A DNA stretch of 64,000 bases from Callorhinchus milii (GCF_018977255.1 NW_024704742.1:30816001-30880000), one strand, 5' to 3'. Positions 37,187 to 51,456 are shown, counted from the first letter of the stretch. Notes: generated from the sequence alone by a model not told the origin. Made by a program: numbers and translations.

Positions 37187-39641
37187 GTGTATGCATACAC
37201 AAGACTTTGAATCCTCCAAGAGAAAGAGATCATTGTATGTTATTTTTGGACTGTAACCTAACAGTACTTGCTTTGTACTAATGTTAAAAAATATAGTATC
37301 TGTGATCTAAAATATTCCACACAGGGAAAGTAATGATCTCTACAGCAATCGGATCTTATAGGTTTGGTAATGCTATTTAACGTTTATAAAATCATTTATG
37401 TTTGTCACATCTCAAGCAGTTCAACAAGCTCATTTCTACTGGTTAGTACTGGTAAATAATGAGAACTTTTGGGGGTGATTTGTTATGCTTTTGAAGGTCA
37501 GAGATGTTTGTGCTGGAACATATTGACACTTTTCCCTCTCTGCCACTGAGCGTAGGTATTGAACACTGCCAGATCAGACACCACACAGCTGCATTTAGAT
37601 TAAAGTTTCCACTAATGCACTGTAGCTCTGACGTCAGAAAAATGCTGTGGACTGTACCAGGGAATAGTTTTAATCCCTTTTCACATTGTCTGTCTTGTGG
37701 TCTTACTGGACGATGTGAACAGGCTGTCCCACGCTATGGGCCAGTGCCCACAAGCATTAGCTTGAAATGATCCAAACTGCTTTCACTTAAGGCCCTCTCA
37801 ATGACTGGCAGAGAGAGAAAGGAGACTTGAATGCCATCTGTCTGAGCTGGATTCAGGCCCATTTTGCATTGTTATGCAACAATATCTTTAAATATTCCAA
37901 ATTCCTGAAATTACACATCTTAATACACTTTCTAGAAAAGCTTCCAGAATCATAGCTGTTATTCAAAGCAATTTGGTTGTAGACTGTTTCCGCATGTCAG
38001 TTACTGGAGTCGTGATACCTTGAGCATTTTGCACTTTACCCAGCAAATTGGGCCTTGACTCCTACTCGCAGCATTTCATCTGGAAATTGTTTAACTCTCC
38101 CTGTAGGCAAAGTGCCAATGAGAGGAGGTACCTTAAACATTACCTCAATCATTGCTCGCCTGAGTACCTGGCCCTCATCTGAAAGCAAATGTTAACTTTC
38201 TTAACAGGTGAAAGTGGTCCCACCCCTTGGGTTAACGGATTAGTGTTGTAAACCTGTAACCTGCGGAGTGGTACAACACCCTTTGAAGGAAAACGGAGCA
38301 GCCAGATGGGCAGTACAGTAATTATTATTATGAATAATATTAATAATCTTTCCATTCGATAAGTCATTGAGACATAACAAAGTGCTTCACGGCATATATT
38401 GCAAAGTGGATTGAGGGTGTATCTTGTGGACCAAGAGGGAATTCTAGGTGGTGGTAGAGTGGTTTGATTATGGAAATGTGTGTTGTGTTCTTGGGGTGTG
38501 TTTTCTCCAGTTGTTGCAGTAGAGCTCCTAAGAACATCTATCATCATAGTGTCTCACGTGCCAAGGAATCGCAGCAAATTAGAGGAATAATGAATACTGG
38601 AAGCAATCCTGAGATGTTGTCCTACATGAAGGATGCTATATAAATGCAAGTTGTTGTAAATGACCTGCTCAGCATTTATTTTGAAGGAGGCAAAAATTAT
38701 CTGTAGGAAATATAAAGCTGGATGTGTGACAGGGGATTACAAAGCAGTTAACCCATTTGAAGGGGTTCAGATGACTAAGCATGAGAGCTTCTGCTCTTCC
38801 AGCTTGTTCATCTGATGACCTCTCGAGCCTGGCTTGCTGCCAGTGTTACTCTGCCAGACATTTGCTATTTGCTCAAGTGTTCTTTGGATTCAAATCAATT
38901 TTTAAACTGACGGCTGGCAAAGGTGATGTTTGTTGGGACCTCTCAGGACACAAGCTCATTTTAGATTGCAAATTGGAGAAAAATTCACCACCTGATGGTG
39001 CAGGTATTGTTTTTTTTTAAATTCCGGGATCAGGATGAAGCGGGGAAGGGGGGGGAAATAATGAGAAAAAACATTTAAAATGTTAAAAAGATTCCTTGAC
39101 CCCTGTGTTACAAGTTGCAATTGTTTAACAACAACAACTTGCATATATAGCGCCCCTCATGCAGGGTAGAGTCCCAGAGTGTTTGACAATGGCGGAGCCT
39201 GATGCTGAGCCGGGGGGAGGGAGGAGGTGACCGTAAGCATGGTCGAAAAGGATGGACTTCAGTCGTAATCTAAAAGACGGATCATGACTGAAGACCTTCC
39301 TCCTTGACCGTGCTTACAACAGTAAGATGTATTGTTTTGTCGGATTGTATAATAGTTATTTGAGCAGCTGCTATGTTCCTGGGAAGGCCTGATGGTGTGG
39401 CTGGCAGTGTATAGCACTAGCGTCTCTCTGACTTTTAAATTCACAATAAATTATAAAGCTTGAGCAAAGATTTCCACTGCTACATTGCAATAGCAGTACA
39501 ATAAACAACTGATAACTCGATTCTGGCTTGACTCATCACTACCACTTAAGTCATCATCCTGTCAAGATCCCAGCCACTTACCGTGCAAATTGTTAATAAG
39601 GAACTTGGCTTTACTCGTCACTTCCACTTAACACAAAACTC

Positions 39642-39929
39642 GTCCTGCAGCTCAGTGGTTAGAGCACTCGCCTTGCAAGCGAGACACCTGGGTTCAATTC
39701 CAGGCAGAGTGACACCTTGAACAAGTTTCCTTACTCCACACACCTAATAATAATCCCTCCAAAACAAACCAATAATAAATTGGTCATTTTCAATCCACGA
39801 CTGTTTGTGGGAAACTGCTGTGCTCAATTGGCAGCCACATTTCGCTCACAAATATACAGTCAATTCACTTTACAATCTATTCTGTAGAAGACGTGAAAAG
39901 CACTATATCAAATGCAAGGATTATTATTA
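39642..39929 (+). mobile_element. Family A SINE with internal deletion in the tail
   Basis: tRNA head and Deu-like body. Confidence 0.88.
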
Positions 39930-41759
39930 ACTAGTAACATTCTAGAAATTCTTGTAATTATGCTCCATGTAAAATCGATCGGATAACTCAGTGTGACCCG
40001 AAGCGAACATAAAGATGTTTAGTTTTCACATATAACCTGGGAGTACAGTATCTTTGTTCTTTAATACATGACAGTATATCTCAAGAGAAGTGCAAAATTT
40101 CCAATACAGTAACAAATAAGCCATGGAAACGGAAAATAAGATGATTTATGGACACATATGCCAATACATATACTTAACTAATAAACTGACGGTCACTGGG
40201 ACCGGGGCCGATCCATCACACTGACTGTTGCTCGCTCTTGGTGTCTACTATACATGATCACAGCAAGCCCTTGTGGTCCTGGAGGACCTGTGCCTAACTC
40301 ACCACTTCAGATAAATCGTCATTGAGCCCTTTTCCCTTGGAGTGGTAAGTTATCAGGAGTTTAATGCATTAAGCCAAGGAACTGTCTAAGCTGCCTTTCA
40401 TGATAGGCCATAGATTTCCTGGACAAAAAGGTTTTAATGGCTCTACACAATGATAATGATAAACCTTACATTCAATACTGTGCCAGCTGGAGGATGTCTC
40501 ATAGCCCTTAATAGGATTTTATTGTATTTATTGTATTTTACTGTATTCTTTTCATTGAAATGCATTTGACTTTTGGGGCAAAATATTATTATTCAGTGTT
40601 TAATGCTGTACCTCTGGTACGAAACATTCACGTACAATTTCAGTGACATTCAACGGACGCAGATTGCCTTTCAATGAAGGAGGAGAGGAGTGAGTGGTTT
40701 TACAGTGTTCAGAAACCAACTCATGCTGACCTCATTGACGATCTCTGCTGGATCTGATCATTTTATATTCAACATGTATAGCCGCACTATAAAGCGTTTA
40801 TTTAACACTGTAACTAGATAATAAAATGGGATTTCCATCGTCAATGTTTTGAGACTGGAAAATGTAAGTTCCTAAAAATGCTGTACTAAAATAAAATGGA
40901 TTGGAGGAATTTAAAAATCCTGAACTGACACCCACTGAACAAAGAGTGGAGAACACTGAAAGTACATAAGAGAAAGGAATTATTTTTTCCTGACATGCTG
41001 AATGCTACATCAGTGACCAGGCCACATAGCTTAATGTTGCAAATGCTCCACTAGATTTGTCCTTCATACCATTGATGAGTAGTGTAAACCACAAGTGACT
41101 TAGAGCAGACATTCGTACAAAATTCCACTCATTGCTGGCCTATCAGCCAGAGCCTTGTCTGTTTTGTCTGCTTTGTATTTACCCAGCAATTTGAGTTTCA
41201 GCTTTGCCATTGTTTGCTCCCACTAACTTTATCACTCTTTATTTTATCTGTCCAACCTTTCCTTTGAAGGTTTCAAATACAGATGTACGTCTGATTTCTT
41301 AAAAGGAAAATCGAAGTGTATTACGTCCAATGGACTCTTCTGGTCCACTAGTTCTGTTACGTCCTCTAAAACAATTTCAAAAGATTAGTAAAGCACAACT
41401 CATGATGATTTTCCCATGTGTTTTGTTGATTTTCAAATGTGTGTTGATAGTGCAGTGTCAACTGCTTATCAGTAGATTCCCCATTATCAGCCTTTGGCCA
41501 ACTGGTCTGCCGGTGATGTTTGTGATTGACATAGTTTTTGAACATTGAATACGTGCCCTTGTTCAGTCCTTGGGCGTTGGTGGAATTCTTGAAAGCACTG
41601 AGGGAGAAGGGAATATGGGAGAGGGGATGAGGAGGGGTGGTGTATAAACACCGGCATGGACTAGTCGAGCCAAATGGCCTGTTTCCTTGCTGTAACAGCC
41701 TATCTAATTCTATGTACTGTCTCGAAGAGACGTTTGATTATTTCCTAAGAATTGCACTA

Positions 41760-42330
41760 CCCTTTGTAGTTCTGATGTTCAAACCCATTTTAAAGATTAT
41801 TACTGCTAAGACTGCCCTTTCCATTGCTGTCATCTTATGCCCTGACCTCACTCCTTCTGCTGCTGGAAACCTTGTTTTGTCTTTGCCATCTTGAAAATAG
41901 ACTTCTCCAATACTCTCTTCATTGGCCTTCCTTATTCCATCCTTCCTAGCTCTAGTCTCTATACTGCTCATCCAAAACTCTCCAGCCTCTATTGTCTCCT
42001 GCACCAGGCTTAACAAACCCATTACTCCCCTCCTCACCAGGCTCCAGTATCCTTGAGGATTGACTTTTAAGATCCTTGTCCTGATTTTAAATTCCTACGT
42101 GACCTCTGTTCCCCCTTCCCCCACCCTAACCTATGGAATCGTGTCCAGTCCTGTTCTCCTTGCTCATACTTTCTCCGCCTCCTGATTTCTTCCTCACTCC
42201 CTTCCTCCCATCGTTAAGCCTTTAACATTATGCCTCTACACTCTGGAAATCTCCTAAAATCTTTTTGTCTTGCTACCAGTCTCTTTGTCTTTAAACACCT
42301 CAGAAAAACAATTCTTATTGCTGTCTAATT
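41760..42330 (+). mobile_element. Old, decayed L2 fragment
   Basis: Similar to the L2 C-terminal DNA of the other copies (ATCCAAAACTCT..., GGATTGACTTTTAAGATCCTTGTCCT). Confidence 0.65.
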
Positions 42331-44569
42331 ATTACTCCCCCAATCATATTTATGCGCTTTGAAATGTTCATTCTACACAGGACTTATACTCACATAATTT
42401 AAGTTGACACTCCAATGCAGGGTTTGGGATGCGTTGCATTGATTGAGGTGCATTACTCGAAAAGAGAAGGGAGTTTCTCCAGGTGTCCTGGCCAACAATC
42501 CTCCAAATTAAATTTGTCACTCATTTCGTGACTGTTTGTGGGACATTACAGGACACAATTGGGCTGCCATATAGGCTCTCCGCAGTCACTCCATTTCACA
42601 GTTATATCCTGTGAAGCATTTTGAAATGTCCTCCTAATGTGAAAGGTACTACACCAAAAGCAAGGGTAACTTATTATTAATAAATTAGCTGTACCCGTTG
42701 CAGCTGGTATTAATAGCAAATGATCCAATATGGAATGTAGATTGACAACATATAGGCATTTCATCTTTTATCTATACTCCTGTGGGAGGACTCAGTGGGA
42801 GGACTTGGCGCTTTAAAAATGTAATTTTGTTGTTGTTGCCGTGGCTTAGCTTTGTTTGTGTTCTTTATTTTGTTCCCGGTTGGCTACGTACGTGCTCTGT
42901 GATGCACGATAACCACAGCGCCATAGTCAGCTCTCGCGGCCACCAGGTGTAACTACAGTGCGTGCGTACATACGTAGATGCTGTGTGACACACAATGCCA
43001 CAGCGCCACTTTGACCCGGCAGCCACCAGGTATAACTGCATCAAAAAACGCAAAACTGAAAATAGCTCATGAACGATACCCAAAACCAAATAATAATAAT
43101 AACATGCCCATATCACTTCCAGATGCAAGATCTTTCCGATGAGGTATAAATCATGTCTCTACATCAATCAGTTATTGAGATCCTTCTTGAAGCACAGACA
43201 GACATTGTTGTTTTGTTAGTATAGATTATTAGTATAGATAGAAGATTATTATTACTACACAAAAAGTGCTCCAGAAATGCAAATTCTACTTTTAAAAATC
43301 TTAAATATCTTTCGATTTAATTATCATTGCATGTTTGATTAATTTATACTTCTTTTGAGGTGGTGGGGGGGGCGGGGGAGAAATGTCATTGGTTGAATGT
43401 ACAAGGCCAAGGTCAGGAAATGTTACCAAAAAGTGGAAATATGCATATTACATTCCTGTACCAAATGACTAGATCTGGAACTAGTCTACAACCTCCTTTG
43501 GGAAGACAGATGCGAGGCAATAAGTTTACTGTAAGACTTGTGTTTTTATTTTTTACACATTTCAGGAAACAGTCTGAGACATTATAAATATTCGTAAAGA
43601 TTGTGTGATGATAACTTGGCTCACTTGGTAGCACTGTTACCAACTCTTGGTTCACAAGAGGGTTCAAAGACCCCATTTCAAGACTTGAGCTCATTGTGCA
43701 GAATAACACTCACGTGCAGTGCTGGAGGAACGCTGAATTGTCAGAGGTGCCGTCCTTCAAATGTGATGTTAAGATGAGGTCCCATTTGCCTGTTCAGGGT
43801 TGGAATAATTTCTTTTGGCTTTAGCTAAATGCCCTCAAAATGCAACCAAATATTTGATTTGACGACAACAGAGTCATACTCTGTCTAATATAAGTGAATG
43901 ATTGAAAGTTGAACACCAACTATGTTTCTTCCCCACTTCTGTTAATGAACACCTTTTCATTTTGTACATGTGTTTACAGTTTCTTGTTCCAATATACGTT
44001 ACCTTGCATTTATCTTTATTAAATTCATCTGCCGCTCCATTGCTTATCTGTTTAATTGGTCGAGTTCTTCCTGAGTGCTATTTATCCTCAGATTGTCCTT
44101 GTATCTGCCAACATAATTTATCATCAGCAAATTTTATAATACAATAAGTGCTTCTTTCATAGTCATTTATGAACAGTGAGAACAGCAGGGGACTCAAACC
44201 AGATGTTAATCATTGTTGCTCAGAAATTTGCTTTTCTCCATGGATTATCACCTGCTTCCTGTTGTTAAGGAAAATTTTAATTGAACAAACTAATTTGCAA
44301 TTAATTCTTTGATATTTCAAAGGCAGAGGTTTGGGAGGATCGAGGTAGGTCTTAGAGACCAGAACATGAACGATGTGGGGTATGGCCTTCTTCTATGCAG
44401 AACAATTCTATGATTCTTAAGAGTCTCAAACAGGTACCTTGTCAAATGGTTAACTCCCAACTGTTAGTTCAGTTAAATCCTTAAAGCAAACTCTGTTAGA
44501 TTCATGATGTATGATCTACTACAAATACAAATTATGTTTGCATACAAATAGACAGTCAGAACAGAAAGG

Positions 44570-44710
44570 CTGTGTTCTGACGAAGGGTCATGGACCTGAA
44601 ACGTTGACTCACTTTCCTTTCTCCATAGATGCTGCCTGATCTGCTGAGTGTTCCCAGCGACTTCTATTTTTTGGTTTCAGATTTCCAGAATCTGCAGAAT
44701 TTTGCGTTTT
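44570..44710 (+). mobile_element. Penelope-like element terminal-repeat remnant carrying a minimal hammerhead ribozyme motif
   Basis: CTGACGA-AGGGTCATGGACCT-GAAACGTT followed by CATAGATGCTGCCTGATCTGCTGAGTGTTCCCAGC, as recalled for shark Penelope-type repeats. Confidence 0.7.
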
Positions 44711-44809
44711 GTTAGTATTTCTAGGCAAATGTGTTAAAGAAAGTCACGGCACTTTACGATAAATCTTGTGGATTATTGAAAGGGACTGTATCGAAATCCA
44801 TTTTACTAC

Positions 44810-45200
44810 CTCTGATCTTAATATCTGCCCACTCCCTCCACTCATTGAGCTCCAGCCTGCTTCACGTCCCCCGCTGTCCCTGCTCCACATCCCACGCCCT
44901 CCCTGCACCACGTTCCCTGCCCTGTCTGCCCCACTATCGGCGGTCAGGTCTTCAGCCTTTCTGCCCCCAACCTTTGGAACTCTGTCCCACAATCCCTTCG
45001 CCTCCTCCCTTGCCTCCTTCAAGGCCCGTCTCAAGACCATACACTTCGATCTCACCTTCTGTCACCCTCCTACCCACACCCTTCCTGGCTTCCACAGCTC
45101 CTAATCCCAACCCCTATCTTGGGTGTAAATCCTTCACTGTCTGATGCCTTGATATGGCCTCCAAATGTGAATGGTGCTGTACAAATGTAATTTGTTGTTG
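44810..45200 (+). mobile_element. Decayed L2 3' fragment
   Basis: C-rich L2 C-terminal-like sequence (ASFKARLKT) with a TTGTTG tail. Confidence 0.8.
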
Positions 45201-45325
45201 TAATATCAGGCTTGAAAGCATTTCTTAGACTAAAATGTTCAGGCTCCTGGTTTATTCCTTGTTTGAATACCTGAGTAATATCTTTGATCTCCCGACATCG
45301 GTGCAGCTTATTCTCACTGAAATAT

Positions 45326-45628
45326 GGAGTCTTGTAGCTCAGTGGTTAGAGCACTCGGCTTGCAAGTGAGAGACCTGGGTTTGATTCCCGGCAGGACGAA
45401 AGCTTGGGCAAGTTTCCTTACTCCATACGCCTGATAATAATCCCTCAAGAAGAAAACCCATAATAAATTGGTCATTTCAATCTGCGACTGTTTGTGGGAC
45501 ACTTGCACAATTGTCTGCTGCGTTTTGCCCACAAATATACAGTTAATTCACTTTACAGTCTATTCTGTGAAGTGCTTTGAGATGTCTAGAAGATGTGAAA
45601 AGTGCAATATCAAATGCAAGAATTATTA
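45326..45628 (+). mobile_element. Family A SINE (more diverged)
   Basis: tRNA head, body and tail. Confidence 0.88.
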
Positions 45629-46417
45629 GAATATCAGGTTTGGTTTCATCTTGTCCACTGGTGAGGACGATTGGTTTTGGTTCTCTATTTGGGATTGAAT
45701 TGCAACATTTTTATATTCATCATCTCCTCAAACTATATATTCTCCCCCTCCCCCAACCACTTGAATAATGTATTGTATGTTGTAAAATCACAAGATCAGC
45801 CATTTCCATTTCTCTGGCCCAAAAATCCAGTATTTCAACAGAAAGCTTGAGTACTTTATGATTTTAGAAATTATGGAATATTATTTAATCTCTAGATTTC
45901 TCCAGTTGATCTCATCTGATTATGAACAGTGATCTTTTAAAATGGATCTACTGCAAAACAAGCAAGTGTTTAAAAAAACTAAATGAGTCTTACACGTATT
46001 AACTGTGTTAATACAGTTTTGCTCACAAAACACAGAGACAATTCACTTTACAATATAGCACTTTGTGAAGCACTTTGATACGTCTTGAAGACGTGATAAG
46101 GCATTATATCAAATGCAAGGATTATAATTACAGTGTGTGTTGTGTCGTTCTGGCTCAGTTGGCAATACTCTCGCCTCTGAGTTAACAGGTTGTGGGTTTA
46201 AGTCCCATATCCAGAGTTTGAATTCATAGTCTAGGCTGGCACTTCAGTGTAGTGCCTGGTGGGGTGTTGCAATGTTGGAGTTCTGTCCTTCAGATAAGAT
46301 ATTAAACCAAGGTCCAATCTGCCCATTCAGAAGGATGTTGAAGATCCCATAGCAGTACAGGTATTTGAAAGGAGAAGGGAATTTCTCCTGGCACCAAGTC
46401 AAAAATCCCAGGATTGT

Positions 46418-46791
46418 GAAGTCCTGCAGCTTAGTGGTTAGAGCACTCAACTCGCAAGCGAGAGGACCTGGGTTTGAGTCCAGGGCAGGACGAAACATTG
46501 GGCAAGTTTCCTTCCTCCACACCCCCTGTTTACCTAGAGATAAGTAGGAACCTGGTTGTTAGTCGATTGGTGAATTCATTTTTCAGGGCTAATGATCCCT
46601 TCAAAGAAAAAGAATAAGAATTTGATCACTCAATCCACGACTGTTTGTGGGACACTGCTGTGCACAATTGGCTGTTTTGCCAACAAAATATACAGTTAAT
46701 TCACTTTACAATATATTCTGTGAAGCGCTTTGAGATATCTTGAAGACGTGATAAGGTGCTATATCAAATGCAAGGTTTATTATTATTATTA
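46418..46791 (+). mobile_element. Family B SINE nested within a DeuSINE (46148-46945)
   Basis: The host Deu domain ends near 46415 and resumes at AAAATTGGTCATTCA (about 46792). Confidence 0.85.
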
Positions 46792-47419
46792 TAAAATTGG
46801 TCATTCATTCCATGGCTGTTTGTGCGACATTGCAGTGCACAGATTAGCTGCTGTGTTTGCCTACAAAATCACTACACTCTGCAGTATATTTGTGAAGTGC
46901 CTTGAGGCATACAACCAATGTGAAAGGCACTATGTGAAATGTTTGTTGTTTTTAATAATAATAAATCAAAATGAGTTTTTCACACAACTTTATCATATGT
47001 GGTAAATAGATGACAGAATTCCCTATCTCTCTATCTGAATAGCCCTGACAGTGTCAGTATCTAGATCTAGATAATTACAATAATAACATTAATTATCCTT
47101 GGTTTGTTATATTGCCTTTCACAATGGGACAATGTCTCAAAACATTTCACAGAATCTATTGTAAAGTGTATGTGTAGTGCAATACGTCCATTAGTTCCTT
47201 ATTTGGTTAAATCATATGATTATGCCACCCCCTCCCAGCCCCAGTGAGTGAGTCAGAAGTGGTGATTTTAAGTTAAAGTGTACAATTTGTAATTGCTCTT
47301 TCTGTCAAGACTATATATTCTCCACACACCAGCCCTCCCCCTTCCTTGAATAATGCATTAAGCATGTCAAGCTTGTTTGACATCCCTTGTTTGTTTTGCC
47401 TGTGTTTTACTGTGCAGCT

Positions 47420-47688
47420 TAATAATAATAATAATAATCCTTGCATTTGATATAGCGCTTTTCAGGTCGGGAGGACGTCCCAAAGCGCTTCACAGAACAC
47501 ACTGTAAAGTGAATTGACTGTATTTTTGTGGGCGAACGCGGCAGCCAATTGCGTACAGCAATGTCCCACAAACAGTCGTAGATTGAAAATGACCAATTTA
47601 TTATTATTTTTGTTTTTTTAGAAGGATTATTATTAGGCGCGTAGAGTAAGGAAACTTGCCCAAGGTTTCGCCCTGACAGGAATTGAAT
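47420..47688 (-). mobile_element. Family A SINE, 5'-truncated at the B box
   Basis: Tail and body match family A; similarity stops at GGAATTGAA. Confidence 0.9.
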
Positions 47689-49986
47689 TGGAATTAAGCT
47701 AGATTGAACAAAGCTTGAAGCTGAAAGGAAACTTTTTCTAAGATTTGTGCATGGAGGCAATATTGTATGTACCAACTTGTTTTTCTGACGTTGGAGGATC
47801 ATTTACAGGCATTGACCGAAGCTTAAGGTTCACAAGAGGTTAAGTGATGGTGACACTCCTACTCTGCTGGTGTTGCTGTCAAGGAGCTGTGAAATACCAA
47901 AGCTGCAATGTGTAATTTCTCAAGTTACTGAAAGAAAGCGACAGTGTAATTTTCAGCCAATAAATCTCACTGAGTATCCAGCCCTATTTTCTGCATGTCC
48001 CTGATGGACCCTTCTGATTTCATTTATGCTGCTGAGGTCACCAGCTGGGATTTAGGCCAGAGTCTTCTTTTCAGCTGATAGGTGGCTTCCAAACTGACCA
48101 GTATCATGACTGGGATGGGGAAAGAGGAGGGGGAGGAAAGGGAAAGTGAAGTGGGGAGGAGGTTGCTCTCTGCAGACAACTTTGATGGGGATAGCTGTTC
48201 ACAGCTCTGGGCTAATGCAGTAAGACCTTTTAAGACCTCACAAATGCATGTGATTTCTCATTCTCTCTGTCTCGCTCTCTGTCCCACTGGGCCTCTGATG
48301 TAATGTTGGTGGTAAGACTACCTGACGCGTATTCTTAGTTTGAGGTTTTCTACACTGGGAGTAGTTGCACAACGCATGCGAGTGGCAGTGTTTTCCAGCA
48401 CTCTCCGTGACTGAGGACTGTAGATCTAAAATGCAGCTCTTCTAAGGCGTGTAGTTTGCTTTTATCAAAGTCCTTTGCAGATTGTAAACTGATTTTAAAA
48501 TGGAGTTATAAAGGTAGGTTGTTTTTTTAAACTGCCTGTAAATCGGTAGGCTGTTTTGAAGTGCATTTGCAATGCATTTGAATAGACTTGCAATGTAATT
48601 TTTTTTATCAGGCTGCAGCAATAATTTGCGAGCAAGTCTTTAAGAAAATGTCATGAATGTCATATAGTGCACAATGTGTGTGAGCTAAGGTTAGGAATTC
48701 AGCGAGCGGAATAAGAGTCCATTATGAATTTTTGTTTAAGGTAAATTGGTTGAAGGGTGCAATGTTAAAAGGAGGATTACAGTATACAGAAAAACATCTG
48801 AGCAGTTGCTAAGGCATCGGAATGCTGTGAAAGGAAAAAGTTGGAATGAATTGGGACTGAGGCGTGCGTGCAAGTGCATTGTGTTTTAATGTTTGTGTAC
48901 ATGTCCTGGCTCATTTCACCTGAGTCGAGGTATCAAATTCTGTCAATCTGTGTTTTTTTTATTAAAAATAGAATTAGCATCGCGGCAACAAAAAAAATTG
49001 CTGGATTTGGGGGAATCGCTGTTCTTTTTTTAAAGCCATGCCTTCGTTTTTTCTTTCCCTTTTTGGCAGCTGTAATGTAGATAATGCACAAGAGAAAACA
49101 ACCGCCCACATCCTGTACTACTTTGCTTTGTGGGTGTTGATAAACTTGATTGTTTTCTCAGCAGTAGGAACAACCCAAAGCTGTAGCCTTTATACAGTCA
49201 GGTGTTGGGCACTATTGAAATGGATTTAGGTACAAAGCCACTTTCGGTGATCTATTAATTGGTTACTTTACTGAAATTTTGTGACTTTTTAATCAAATGT
49301 TCCTTTTCACTTAACATTTTTGGGGGTATTTCTGCACGATGGGTGGACAGAAAGATCCAGAACAGATTTTTTGGTGTGTGCTAGTAAATTGAGTGATTTT
49401 AGTCATGAAAATAAAGTTGGATATTCAACAATAACACGTCTGCAGCATAAGTATGTTTAAGATATTGTGTATTTTTGTCTCATTTTCCCAGCATAACATT
49501 CCTTTGTGTGTCAACAAGTAATAAAATCAAAGGCTTTTTTTTGTTGTTGAGTCAAAATGCAATATTGTTTCCAAGGAGGAAAAAAATTCCATTAGTTAAT
49601 GGGATAATTATTTAAAAGCAATGTCACAATGTGATATTTTGAATGTAAATCACTCTATGGTAAGCATAGTAGGATCAGGCACTGTGTCTCAAGGATATGT
49701 GTTCTGAGAAATGAACCACATTTAGGGGCAGTTTATTATCTGGTCAGCTCTACTGGTCTCTGGGGGTTGGGAATAGTGTCGGGTGTGGTAGTTAGTCTAT
49801 TTTGTTTGTTCCTGCACATATGCTTTGAGAAAAATGGGGTCAGCCTTCAGGCAGGCAGGAATGTACAGCTGTGACTCCCTTGCTAGAGCAATTTGGAAAT
49901 GCTGGTTTCAGCAGAGCAAGTGCTAATAAGCTTTTTCTTCTGTCTTCATAAACATTTAGTCCCTGTTCCTATTGTATTTGTCAAGT

Positions 49987-50311
49987 GGAGTCCTGTAGCT
50001 TTGTGGTTAGCCTGCCAACCTCACAAGTGAGAGGACCCAGGTTCGATTCCTGGGTGAGGCAAAACCTTACTCCACGAGCCTCTGTTTACCTAGAAGTAAC
50101 TAGGACCTGGTGTTAGATGATTGGCAGATTGCTTTCCAAAAGTAATAATCACTCCCAAAGTAATTTTTTGTGGGACATTGCTGTGTGCAATTGGCTGTCA
50201 AGTTTCACCCACAAAATACAGTCAATTCACTTAACTGTATATTCTGTGAAGCACTTTGAGACATCGCAATGACGTGATAAAGCACTACATCAAATCCAAG
50301 GATTATTATTA
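49987..50311 (+). mobile_element. Family B SINE
   Basis: tRNA head, CTCTGTTTACCTAG segment, tail. Confidence 0.8.
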
Positions 50312-51456
50312 TCATTAATTGTTAATTCCTGTGATCAAATTAGCGCTCTCTGATCAACATGCCTTGGGATCATTTCCTCCTAATCCCGACACATTAGAAT
50401 AATGCCTCCTAATCCCACATGATGCTTTGTGATATGTTCTGCCTTGTTTTTATTGTGTTGACAAGGGTTTCATCTGAACCAAAACATGACAGTCAGGGTA
50501 TTGCAAGATGCAGCATCTGTTTCGTCATTGGTATGGTCACTGTTTCCTCATCTTACCCATGAGGAAACAGCTTGTGACTTTCTTGCGTTAAATGACTCAA
50601 ATTAAGGTAATAATTCTTGCACTTGAAATAGTGCCTTATCATATCTTCGAGATGTCACAAAGCGCTTTACAGAATATGAAGCTTTTAACGCATCTGCGGT
50701 GCTGACTTGGGTGTAAAAGGACAGCAGTCACTTCTCATGGGTGGAAACAGCCAAACCAACTTTGTTTGTGATAACTTTCAGCTTGCATTTACTGTGAGCG
50801 CTGAGAGCAGCGTTTCAAGCAGCTTTTGAGCTCTTTTTGGCAAAGCGGATCATTAGGATGTTTTGGATCATTTCAGGCTATAATACAAAAAGCGTAGGGA
50901 TTGTACTACTGATCTTTTCCTGCAACCCCTCTCCCCTCCTTGAGAGAGATGCCAAAAGGCAATGCAACAGATGGACATTTACTCTGTGACTGCAGAGGTG
51001 GAAATATATTAATACAGTACAGACCAACTTGTCCCCCACAATCATAGTGTCATTGAGACGTCTTGAAGATGTGATAAAGCACTATATCAAATGCAAGGAT
51101 TATTATTATTGAGTGGAGGTATAGAATATAACCCCATTTCTAAGCTAGATGAACTTTGTGAACTACAATTCATATACACCTAAGATTCTTATGCTTTTCT
51201 GTTCAGCCAGAAGCAAAACTCTTGAATTATTTATGCAGCTGTTGTTAAAAGAGAATGCCCATGGAGACGGTGAAATCCATGGGAAATTTGCTTTCAATAT
51301 AAGGAGATCTTTCTGCTGATTCATTTAATTTTAAATAAATTTTAAACAAAAAATAATAATGTGGTCACTCAATCCTCAGCTGTTTGTTGGACACTGCTGA
51401 GCGAAATTGGCTACCTCGATTCACCCACAAAATACAAAGTCAATTCATTTTACAGA

